NCBI RefSeq assembly: GCF_023055435.1
Contig: NW_025963879.1
Span: 14,446,001-14,510,000, forward strand
From: Haliotis rufescens
Lineage: Eukaryota
Direction: 5' to 3'
Length of the DNA stretch: 64,000 nucleotides
The position numbers and the translations under genes were made by a program. The notes under the pieces are model-generated. The model ran no database searches. It was not told where the DNA came from and saw nothing but the letters and a program-made list of their open reading frames with translations. This document shows, piece by piece, positions 42,101 through 53,002 of this stretch (its first letter is position 1; each line of letters opens with the position of its first letter).

Positions 42101-43907
42101 TCAGAGACTAGACGTTAGTCCAAGGGTAAGATAAACATACAAGCTTAAATGTTAGATGTACTTTCTCAACCTTGATTGACTTTCCTTATCAATGACAGAA
42201 AATATCGATAAGCCCATCCTAAACAACCCTTATTAACTCCTACAGCAATATTCATGACGCTCCTCTCAATCTCCTCAGTTGAGATTCAAACCATATTCCC
42301 TACCTCCAGGGTGTTAACGGATGTGTACTGCATATTAGCTGTTCAATTACAACCATAAATCTGTACTAATGGTATTGGAGCAGTGACCCAAGGGTATCTC
42401 AAGCCGACTCCCTGTGTCAACACTGTTCCTGCACAGCTTGTACTGGCTCACACAAATGTAATTCGTAGAGATCCAGGTATCAAGTTTCTATTGTTGCATA
42501 CGCTAAGTATCATTAGATTGTAGGAACATGAATAATTCACAAAAACCTTCAATATCATAGCTACAATTCTTCCCATTCTGATATTTTCCCCATAACTCCA
42601 AGAAATATTTTTTTGTTTCAACAATTTACTAATGATTTACACAGATTATTGGAATAATGCAATGGGCTGCAGTATTGTACTTTAATGACATATTTTGTCA
42701 TCATGATGCATTTCAGAGTACATCAAAGGAAAATAAACATTAATATTTTCTTTGAAGCTAGCAATTGTGACCTCTTATATCATCTGTCACTCTTTCCTGC
42801 AAAATATCAAATTAGCTGCAAGGGTAGACTACTCTAGACGGGTGATACAGGGATGTGATAAAGTACCGTGAAGGTGATGTGGGCCGGTTGTTATAGCAAA
42901 TATGGCTGTATCTGTAACACAGACAGACACATGTTAGAGACCACAATATTGTTATAGCGTTGCATTGGCCACAACAAAGAGTGACATCATTTTTATATGT
43001 AAAAAAGGCTGACATCTTGGGATGTGCGTCAGGGGATGTTTGTTGTGGAAGATATACCACACATTTTGCATTATCAAATTTAATGTACTGGTATGGAAAT
43101 TCTTTTTTGATTTATATTTTCAATTAAAATCTATTCGATTTCGATGAATATTTCTATACATAAATATGTGACACATTGCCCAAAAGACCAAGGATATATT
43201 TTAAATAAATAAGAATTTGCGATGACTCCAGGAATCATGGAATAAATATTTCTGTACTTGATGGTTGCATAAAATGTCAGTCCTTTGTTGTGACCATAGA
43301 GGACTTTAGGACAAGGAAAGAAACAGCAAAAATTATTGATTTTTATTCCACATCTGAAAAGCATGATCATGGAAAACATTATTAGCTTAATACTTGATGA
43401 ACCTGAAACCAAACATATTTATGAGTTGCAACAGCTTGTTTGAAACAATAGATGAAAATCAAAGGTGTAAAATATAGATACATATTAATAATTCATTTCC
43501 ACATTGCATACACTGTAAATGGCAACATCTGTAAACATGGTAAAGCAAGACAATGCAAAAGACATACAACATGGACCACAGGGAGACTTATCTGATGCTC
43601 CACTCAGATCCTGAATGTGGAAACTGTACTGGCAACATGACCCAAAGTTCTGAACACTGTGAAAACACTGTCAAAGGAGTGTTAAAGGGGCCATGATTGA
43701 TTGGTTGGTTGGTTGGAGGGTTGGTGGGCAGATTAGGGTGTTTGTGTGTTTTGGTGGTTGGATGAGTGAGTGAGTGATGTGGAACCAAGAACCATTGCAA
43801 CTTTAAAAGGTTTTCAAGCTTTAATATCAATAGGGAAATGCCCCAAATGAAATGGGTCTTTGTGAAATCTTTGAGCCTAGGCATGGTTTAGATTCAAACA
43901 GCATTTA

Positions 43908-44064
43908 CAGTAAACTATGTTTATAACGAACATGCTTACACGAACTGACCGATATAACGAACATCTTTTTTCTTCTTTTGTTGTATATATGCTTGAAACG
44001 AACTACGGCTATTAGAAACTAAAATTAGGAGTCCCTTTGAGTTCGTTATAACCGTAGTTTACTG
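43908..44064. mobile_element. 157-bp Tigger/pogo-like MITE
   Basis: TA|CAGTAAACTATGTTTATAACGAAC ... GTTCGTTATAACCGTAGTTTACTG|TA. Confidence 0.85.
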
Positions 44065-44616
44065 TACATAAAAAACGTGTTGTGTTTGATTGCATGTATG
44101 ATCTTTTGTTTCTACTTTTGTAATAACTTTAAACTTTAAGGTAGGTAACTCAACTCAAATAAATTCTGATTTCATTTCTAATTATTATTTATTTCATGCC
44201 TCTTTATATATTGACCATCGTAGTGAACATGGTGAAGAGAATTAGAATAACACTACGATACACTGGTCTGGCCTGACAGATGAATGACAAATCTAATCTT
44301 GCTGATTTACTTGTGATAGCAGACATGGCTTTTCCATGTTTGTGGTAATATAATAATTACCCTAGTATTCGTTAGTGAGAGTATTATTATTGAACTGATT
44401 GGCATAAGTTGACCAGAAAATGAGTTTGGATAAATCCCCTTCTAGAACCATTCTGCAGTGTCAATGAAGGCCACACCAAGAATGTGCTTCACAACTTATA
44501 CCAATGGGGGAATCAAACCCAGCTCTTTATTGCAATGAGTGAACACTCTGACCACAAGACTACCCTACTCCTGAACCACAACAAAGACACTGCTGGATAC
44601 ACCAGCTGGTTACACT

Positions 44617-44799
44617 GTGAGTGAGTTGGGTTTAACACCATCATCTAACACATTAGCACTTTGGCGAAACCCATCAAACCAAGAACCATATTCAGGGGGA
44701 AATCTAGGACTCAAACCCACAATCAAAGGTTTCTGGGCACCTAAGGCATGTAACTTAAGAAATTGTGGAGCCAGAGAGACGACCTGCCAGCCATGCCCC
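44617..44799 (-). mobile_element. SINE family B, degenerate (preceded by a degenerate family A copy at ~44440-44572)
   Basis: gtgagtgagttgggtttaacacc..ctcaaacccacaatcaaaggtttctggg..atgcccc. Confidence 0.65.
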
Positions 44800-45191
44800 C
44801 GATTACACTGTAAATCCATCCTGAGATGAATGAGATTGCCAGCAAGGACGTCTTCATGCTAGGGGATGCTGACCAAACATAGAATCTTGAGCAGTGCCTG
44901 TGTAGGGCTTGCAACTTCTAGCTGGGAGATACTGCTCACTTTAATCTTGTTTGTAGCAATTTATGCAAAAAGTAAAAATGATGTGGAAATTCAGTTCATG
45001 TTTAATCAGGTTTTTTGTTTTTTAAACAATTCTGAAGGAAGTTGCAAATCATGGGTGAAAACTGTCAGTGTAATTTGTCTGGATATATGCTGCGAAGCAC
45101 AGTGGCCAAATTACTGGACAAAACTCATGTAACTTGATTATCCAGATTGGCATTGTACAAAAAGGTTAAGTCAATAAATTTACTTCTGTTT

Positions 45192-45239
45192 GGTTAAATG
45201 AATGGTTAGACTTGCTCAAAGGCGTTAAGCTATGATAAT

Positions 45240-45280
<41 letters not shown>

Positions 45281-45357
45281 GCGTGTGCGTGCGCACGTGA
45301 GAGATAGAGATAGGTTAAATGAATGGTTAGACTTGCTCATAGGCATTTAGCTATGAT
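45192..45357. repeat. (GT)n/(GC) microsatellite between two ~45-bp direct repeats
   Basis: ggttaaatgaatggttagacttgctca.aggc.tt.agctatgat at 45192 and 45313. Confidence 0.9.
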
Positions 45358-45755
45358 GACAGTGTCTAAATATATTGGCAATGTTGTTGTGGGAAGACCT
45401 CATAGGATTAATGCTGATCAAGTGAGTGAGTGAGTGATATGTGGTTTAATGCTGCTTTCAATATGAGATGACAGCTGCTTACAGCACAGGAATCACAGGA
45501 ATCCCTTTAAAGACTGAGGATTCTAATCAGGGAAAATTGGGATCTGAATCCTAGAGCAGGGAATCCTGATAGCTAAGGGAGGTAACCCTGCAAAGCAAAT
45601 TCTTGAATATGTTGCGAATGTGTTGTGTTTTATACACAACTATTTTCTAGCACTATATCAGTCGGGGCATTTGGAATCAAACATGTCACTCAATATAAAG
45701 ATTCAAACCCTACTGTGTTTGGTGACGTGAGTAAAAGCTTCAACAACTAGGCTCA

Positions 45756-46014
45756 ACCCATGAAGATCCGGGGTAGAATTGGTCTTCAGCAACCCATGCT
45801 TGCCATAAAAGGTGACTATGCTTGTTGTAAGAGGTGACTAACAGGATCGGGTGGTCAGGCTCTTTGACTTGGTTGATGCATGTCATCATATCCCAATTGC
45901 GTGCATCGATGCTCATGTCAATCACTTGATTGTCTAGTTCAGACTTGATTACTTACAGACCGCGGTCATATAGCTGGAATATTGCTGAGTGTGGCGTAAA
46001 ACAACAAAGAAACA
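45756..46014 (+). mobile_element. SINE family C, full length
   Basis: 14-bp TSD AACAACTAGGCTCA at 45742-45755 and 46015-46028 fixes the 5' end at ACCCATGAAGATCC. Confidence 0.93.
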
Positions 46015-46849
46015 AACAACTAGGCTCACTCACCACCCATGAGTTATGGAACAAAACTTTTGTCAGTATATCATGACGTTCAAATGGGGCTGGCTTTTCG
46101 ATGGTTGAATGGTTGAACATTCATAATTTGTCTGATACTTGACAGAGATGAAGCAAGAAGGAAATTTATTCATAAAATTGTCATTTGATCTTAAAGCAGA
46201 ATCAAGGGAGAGTTGTGAGAGTCATAGTTTACGGCACATTTGCAAATGCAGAATCCAGACATAGAATCGATTTGGCTGAAAAGAAAAATCAAATTCCCCA
46301 GCAGTTACATGCACATGATTAAAGACTATTTTCCAGAATACACAACACTAATTCCGAAAGCAGTTAAAAAGAAAACCATCGTAAAAATGTATACTGTATT
46401 CCTGCAGACTAGTTATGTAAAGGATGGATGCCTCGTTCCACAAGGACCCTGTAATGTTGAGAAATAGACACCAGCAACAAGCTTGATTTGACATCAGATT
46501 CATCAAGAAAGACAAGACGGGTTAATGTGTATTTACTGACGCCCAGATTAGATCACTGTCACTTTCATCATTTGCTCAAAGTAATGATAGATTAAAAGTT
46601 GAATGTTAATTGAAAGAGCAGGTCAAGTTCATTTGAGTTCATCATAGCTTGCATGAATAATTATCAAAGAAGATGAAGAAGACCACTTACTTCCTAAACG
46701 ACATTAGGAGAAGATATCTAGCTCTTGGTGAACCAGTTGCTTCAGACAAACAGTTTTACAGTTGCAGATCGATGATGCTGTGAGGTGTATGACTGATTCT
46801 GTATCTTAATGTGAATGGATGTCTAAATGGCTTATTTGTTTATCTGTTT

Positions 46850-47868
46850 GCAATATTTTTTTTAATACTTCGTGGATATCTAGTATTAACAAAGGTACAA
46901 GATACAAGGCGTTTAGAGAATATGAAAGTTTGTTAGAACAACATGAACAAGAAAAGTATCATAATGCAGTTAGGCAATCAAAGCTGAAAGCCATTTCAAT
47001 GAAGTTTAGAGGGGGATTATTACGGTTGGGACATATTGAAAGTATGAAATGATGTTTAAAATTATGTATACTTCCACTACCATACTTGTAAATGGTTACT
47101 TAAGGATTGAAGTTGTATTTGTACAAATACAACTTCAATCCTTATATTGACAGATACATAGATCATAACAAAACAATCCAGTAAACATCAAACTTTAATT
47201 ATTGAAAGCGAACTATATCAACGCGGAGAGTCGTGACGTCGTGACGTCATCCGTCCCAAACATTCCATTTGGAGTGACATCCCTTGGTTTTACAAACAGC
47301 AAATGGCAGCTACAGCAATGTCATTCGCTTAAAATACAAGTTGCACCCAGTAAAGTTAGCGTTGGAATTGGAAAGAAATCCAGACCCGGGTCATGCTGAA
47401 AATGGATACATATTAACATTCTGTGAACTATTGGTGTTTGTTTGAGTGATACTACGACTGCTGATGACGTGGATTACCGCTGGACGCGGCCCGGTTGGAT
47501 ATACTGAGGCACGATAGTGGGGTGCTTGGTGATTTCTTTTGGTAAGTTGAACATTCTCTGTTATAGCTTAAAATGGACGTTTCATTTCGGTGACCTGACA
47601 TATACATGATCTGTCTGAATTCAAAGCCTGCATCATTCATAGCCTGAATCGATGTCGCTCTCAGTTTTCCCTAATTATTTTTAATGTTATATTTAGACAT
47701 TTAGGAATTCCCCATAAGTAGTTCTGTATGTCTCCGTGACATACTGACGTTCATCGAGAAATGAACGACAGTCAGCTTGGTAGTGTTCACCTAGGCGAGG
47801 TCACCCGCTACTGTCAATATTTGTATATGGACCTATGGCCTTCATACTGAATAAAGAATTGATTGATA
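46850..47868 (+). mobile_element. Relic 3' end of a LINE (RTE-X/L2-like ORF2 C-terminus), interrupted by the Crypton relic
   Basis: WISSINKGTRYKAFREYESLLEQ..EKYHNAVRQSKLKAISMKFRGGLLRL resembles the W..I...Y..FK....EKYL....KFR...L.IE pattern of these LINEs; AATAAAGAATTGATTGAT-type end at ~47850-47868. Confidence 0.5.
47101..47664 (-). mobile_element. Crypton-type tyrosine-recombinase transposon relic (C-terminal coding fragment plus terminal palindrome)
   Basis: 47664-47452 reads LRATSIQAMNDAGFEFRQIMYMSGHRNETSILSYNR, i.e. the (H)xLR...GH...SY catalytic region of tyrosine recombinases. A frameshifted SGFLSNSNANFTGCNLYF tail follows; 44-bp palindrome at 47101-47144. Confidence 0.78.
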
Positions 47869-48249
47869 AAAGAAATACTTCATGTATAGTAATCTTCAAG
47901 ATGATCAAAATACTGTCTGCATTTGGCCTTAACTGGGATGAAGCGTGTTCAATGTTTAAAATCTCGAAAAGTTATTCTTCGATATCACTTTCACATTTGA
48001 TTATATAATCATTCTGAAGTATTTGGAGAGATGTTTGCCCTTATGAAAGTTTCCAAAACTCTGAAGGCTGCTCTTACACAAAATGGTTAGATTAATGCTT
48101 TGTTCCGTATAAATACACCCTTTCAAAGACTAGGTGTAGACACTGTAGCTATCTTAGCCTAAAGTTATACCAGCACCAGAGAACGAGATATAACCGTGTT
48201 GTTATGTACAGGTTACTCCGCCAACATTACACTGTGTTTCAAACATTGA

Positions 48250-48541
48250 GTGAGTGAGTGAATCAGTCAGTCAGTTGGGTTTAACACCGCTTTTAACAGT
48301 ATTCCAGTTATATTGCAGTGTGTCAGCTGAATGTGGGAGGAAAGCCCGAAGTGATGCAGGTCTCAGATGTTTACCACTTCGGTGAAACCCACGAGCACGG
48401 GTATGGTGCTGACATACCTAGATAAATAATTGGGTCGATCCGGGATTCGAACCCCCAATCATAGGTTTCTGGTGTGCCCAAGGGACGCAACTCTGCACAG
48501 CAAATCGCGGCGCCTTAGACAACTGGGCCACCCGTGCCCCC
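48250..48541 (-). mobile_element. SINE family B, full length (best-preserved copy)
   Basis: 14-bp TSD GTTTCAAACATTGA at 48236-48249 and 48542-48555. Confidence 0.95.
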
Positions 48542-50690
48542 GTTTCAAACATTGAAAAGCGAATATCACCATACAGTGGGAGTGAAAGTGGACACCACAG
48601 TCAGTCATATCTCAGACTGTCACAGCAACTCGAATAACCTGTATAACCTGCATAGTGGGCAGGCAACGCTGGAAAATCACGGACGGCTAACCAACAGATG
48701 AGGTAAACCAGGGCTGTGTATATCAAATTCACTGTTCAATCAATATCTCCTATTCACATTTTTTCTTGAGATATGTTCCCAAAATAATGCCCATTTCAGG
48801 AGTTGATATGACAGGTTTCCTGACAGTGACCGTCCACCAAAATATTCTGGGCTTCCATTGAATGAATTTGGTTCCTTGAGAAGAACAAGGACAATGTAAC
48901 ATCTGTCACAAATATTGCATCTCTTAATACAAATACAATGTGTGTACATGAATGGTAACAGATCGTTTTCTTTTGCCATGTGTTCCTGCATGACAAGTCT
49001 TTTGTTTTAAACTGCAGTCATTATTATTCCTGCCGTAGGACAGCGTCAGTGAATTATTGAATCTAGGCCAGTGGTTGACAGCATGATCAACATTCCAAGC
49101 TGTCGGGGTATGATAACACATATTAATGACCAGTGCCCATTATAAGCAGCTCTTAGAGCCTGCCTCAAAAGCTGTGACCTTCACCCACTGACAGGATAAG
49201 CAGAACCAGCAATTGAATTACCCCCTATTTACGACTTCTGATAAAGTCTAGTTACTCCGATTCCATCTGCCTTGTGATATTTTAAAAGTGTAAACTCTTC
49301 TTCTAAGGTGAATTTGGTATATAGAAGGTATATCTGTCACACAGAGTCTCAGTCTAAAATACAGCACTAAATGAAAGCAACTGAACTTAAATGGACACCA
49401 GGCAATGGTGTATAGTTACTTTTAGCATTCATCATTAACGTAAGAGGACAGTTTCCATTGTGACAATGACATCCCCAGTTTCCATTTTTATTCATTAGAT
49501 TGCTCGCACTCTTTCTTTTGAATAATATCTAGCACTGCAATATGTGTTTCTAAGATTGTCAAAGTTATTCCATTAACCATGTTAACTATATTAACAGAAT
49601 ACAAAGAAGTTGATATACTTAAGTACAAAATATATCCATGGAGTCTAGCACATGTTGAATTTTAAATGTCTAAACAGTGCCTTAAAAAATAAATATATAT
49701 GTATTCAATGTGAGTCTTTGCATACAAAACTGTGAATGATATGAAGTTTGACAGAATCCAAAATGGTGGACGCTTTTTTGCAATAAACAAACTATGGCTA
49801 TACAAACAAATTTCAACAGTCCCTTGGACAATGTTGGAGTTTGTTGTTACCATGCAACTGAGTTGAAGTGAAGAGTGACAACCTTGACCAGTCACTAGAT
49901 ATACACAGAAGGATGGTCCATAGTGCAGCACGTTGTTTGTCTGGTGACGGAAGCTGATTCAAGTGATGCCACACTCTGGACTAACCTCCTGAGTGCATGT
50001 TCAGCTATCAATACACTTTATGTCCATATAAACAACCTTCACGGTCACGTCGTCATCAGACCCTGTTGAGAATAATGCCATTCAGGCGGCTTAGCTAGAA
50101 GCAGCAAGAAGCCAAAATAGACAATCACGCCGCATGATATCTCAGACAAACTAAATCAGGATTTGGACACTATCATCAAATTGTTGCCTGTACCAGTTGC
50201 CACAGACGTCAGCCAACTGTCTGGCCATCTTAGCGAATCCCATGGGCACTATTGCTGTCCGTTGACTGGCGTTCCACACTTGTCATGTGCAGCTGATGTG
50301 AGATTAAGGAGAAAATAACTACAAGATAGGGCTGCATTCTGGCATGGACTTGAAAGGATTACCAGACTTTAACCAAACTGCCCTGGAGACATCAATTTGC
50401 TATGCAGTGCAATTGGGATTTTAGTGATCCTCATAACCATTATGCTGTGCTTATGTCCTGCTTGCTGCTGGGATGTGTCTCTCGCTGTTTGGTTGATTAT
50501 CCCTTCACCCCATTCTTCAGTCACTGCGTCCGTCCATCCATCCATCATCCATCATCCATTTGATCATTAGATAGTAATGTATGCATTCATTCACCAATCC
50601 TTTCCATCCATTCACAATGCCTATCCATTGACCAAATTTCTTTCTACCCATTAATCCTGCATTCATCTGGATATTTTCTAGCTGACCAAA

Positions 50691-50995
50691 GGGGCAGTAG
50701 GTTAGCCTGGTGGTTAAAGTGTTCGCTCGTAATGCCTAAGACCCGGGTTCGACACCCCACATGGGTACATTGTGTACAGCCCATTTCTGGCGTATCCCAA
50801 TTACATGGATCGATGCTCATGATGTCAATCACTGGATTGTCTGCTCGAGATTCGATTATTTACAGACCGCCCTCATAAACAACATTAAACAACAAACAAA
50901 CAAACAAACAAACAAACAAACATTTCTGGCGTTCCTCGCCATGATATTGCTGGAATATTGCTAAAAGCAGCGTAAAACAATGCTCACTCACTCAC
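50691..50995 (+). mobile_element. SINE family A, interrupted by a family C insertion
   Basis: TSD TCTAGCT(G/A)ACCAAA at 50677-50690 and 50996-51009. Confidence 0.92.
50794..50920 (+). mobile_element. 5'-truncated SINE family C nested in family A
   Basis: 12-bp TSD CATTTCTGGCGT at 50782-50793 and 50921-50932; (AAAC)n tail. Confidence 0.92.
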
Positions 50996-51810
50996 TCTAG
51001 CTAACCAAACAGAAATGATCCAGATACAAATATAATGTACAGCATGCATGAGGTATAACATACTGCATATCATGTATGGTGAATACTAGGTACATCCTGT
51101 ATCAGAAATGGTACATATCAATATCAGTTACTGGATAGAATTCATATTTATAAAATGAATATGAGTATACTGCAATCTGATTGGTTGAAAAATGTTGTTA
51201 AATGGGATATGGCCCTGGCACTCTTTCGAGCTATTCACTGCATACATGGCACATTAATAAACATATCTATAAGGATTTTTTACACTATCCAAAATTTGAA
51301 AAAGAAACCAAGCCACTTCAGGCACTTCAGCAAACATTTACGGTAGATATTAAATTTGATATTTATCAGAAGTTAATTAGTTATTAAATATGATATTTAT
51401 CAGAACTTCGATTTTCAAATTAATTTTTATCACGTTATTCAAACGAGGAGGGTTCAGTTATCACAGTAGCATATGGTGTCATCCAAAGTATTATGTCATC
51501 ATAGCATTCCAGCATGACGTCATGTCTGTTCCATAACTTTGAGAGTTTACATAGCGAACGAATCCTACACAAAGCAACAGTTATCTTTTAAGTATTTACA
51601 GTGTCAATAAATGTCTCTTTATAGATTTACGGGTTCTCAGTATTTAATAACTGGAAATTCTAATATTTGAAAATGTTCCAAATGAAATTTCCAGCCATTA
51701 AACACTCAATAACACCCCCAAATCTGAAAACAATAATGTCATTCCACTCAGCACAGCTGGGTGGGACTTTCATTTGGATGAAACTGAATCTTTCTTATTG
51801 TCATCAAATT

Positions 51811-51902
51811 ATGGGCACAATATGTGAAGCCCATTTCTGGTGTCCCCCACCGTGATATTGCTGGAATATTGCAAAAATCGGTGTAAAACAATACTCACTC
51901 AC
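51811..51902 (+). mobile_element. 5'-truncated SINE family A
   Basis: TSD TCATCAAAT at 51801-51809 and 51903-51911. Confidence 0.85.
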
Positions 51903-52390
51903 TCATCAAATCAAAGTCTACCACTGAGTTTGTGGTGGGGATCAAGGTGCAAGGGAGGCAACTGGCCCTATTTTGATACCTTCTGACTTCCTAAGGAGTA
52001 CATTCTCCAGTTAGTCTAGAGACCAAAGGGAAGAATCATTAGTGTAGGCAGTGTTGCTCTAGCTTCCCATGTTCCAGCTATGTGTCACCAGTCTCGCATA
52101 TGCATGGTACCAGTTGAACAGTATCGTGAGGCTCTCAGCTATGACCTGGAGCAATATCCTACTTTTACTCCTGGGAACACAAAAGGTTACTAAGGAATAA
52201 AAAATGTCTTCCACAGGGGTTCTGATTGATGTGCAATGCCCTGCCAACTAAAACCATATGTCATCCAGATCATACCCATAATTATCATCAGGATCATTAT
52301 GACCCATAATTATCAGTAATTGTAAAAAGACGCATCCAAATAAATCTTTATTTGTGATAAGCCTTGAACAATGCATACCCTATATCATAA

Positions 52391-52601
52391 GAGTGAGTGA
52401 GTTTGGTACTTTGAGTTGTATTCAGTCACATCAGGGCATGTCAGCGTATGGTTGGGGGAAAGCCGGAAGTGATGTAGGTCTGAGATGTTTACCACTTCGG
52501 TGAAACCCATGAGCACGGGTATGGCGCTGACAAACCTAGAAACATAATCGGGGCGAAACTGGGATTCAAACCCACAATCATAGGTTTCTGGCGTGCCCAA
52601 G
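52391..52601 (-). mobile_element. SINE family B, 5'-truncated
   Basis: Matches the family B body. Confidence 0.88.
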
Positions 52602-52879
52602 AAACATCAATAGTTTCGATTGTGTTTACCATAGCAATAAAATACATGCAATGCTGTTCAAATTTGTTTTTCTTTTGATCATGAGTGGTACTAATTTACA
52701 CATGGTAATGTGGAAGTTTCTTTTTCTTAAATTATCATGATTATTAGTGTAAAGAAAAAACAAATCAGTCATATCTCAAACTTTACTTTTTATTAGTTGT
52801 TATGTTTATCACATTAAAAGGAAACTTCAGTTCCAAGGTATTATTCAACTCTAAAATCCATCCAAAATGATACACTTAA

Positions 52880-53002
52880 AAACTATCAACATTTATCACA
52901 ATAGTTGCTTGCAACATCAATAGTTATTGCAATAGTCGTGATAGTTTCTTTTAATATCAATAGTTATCGCAATAGTGACTTCCAGACCAATAGTCACCCC
53001 TA
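52880..53002. mobile_element. Probable hAT-type MITE right end with subterminal repeats
   Basis: Ends CACCCCTA (TAGGGGTG on the minus strand); repeated (AT)CRCAATAGT motifs; no left end or TSD found. Confidence 0.45.

Noticed and set aside
45756-45850. Assigning the family C head to HDV-like, twister or hammerhead ribozymes
   Set aside because: Could not place HDV P1/P1.1, the twister core, or CUGANGA/GAAA; left as an unclassified structure.
47745-47815. SECIS-like hairpin
   Set aside because: Helix too short and no proper GA quartet; more likely LINE 3' UTR hairpins.
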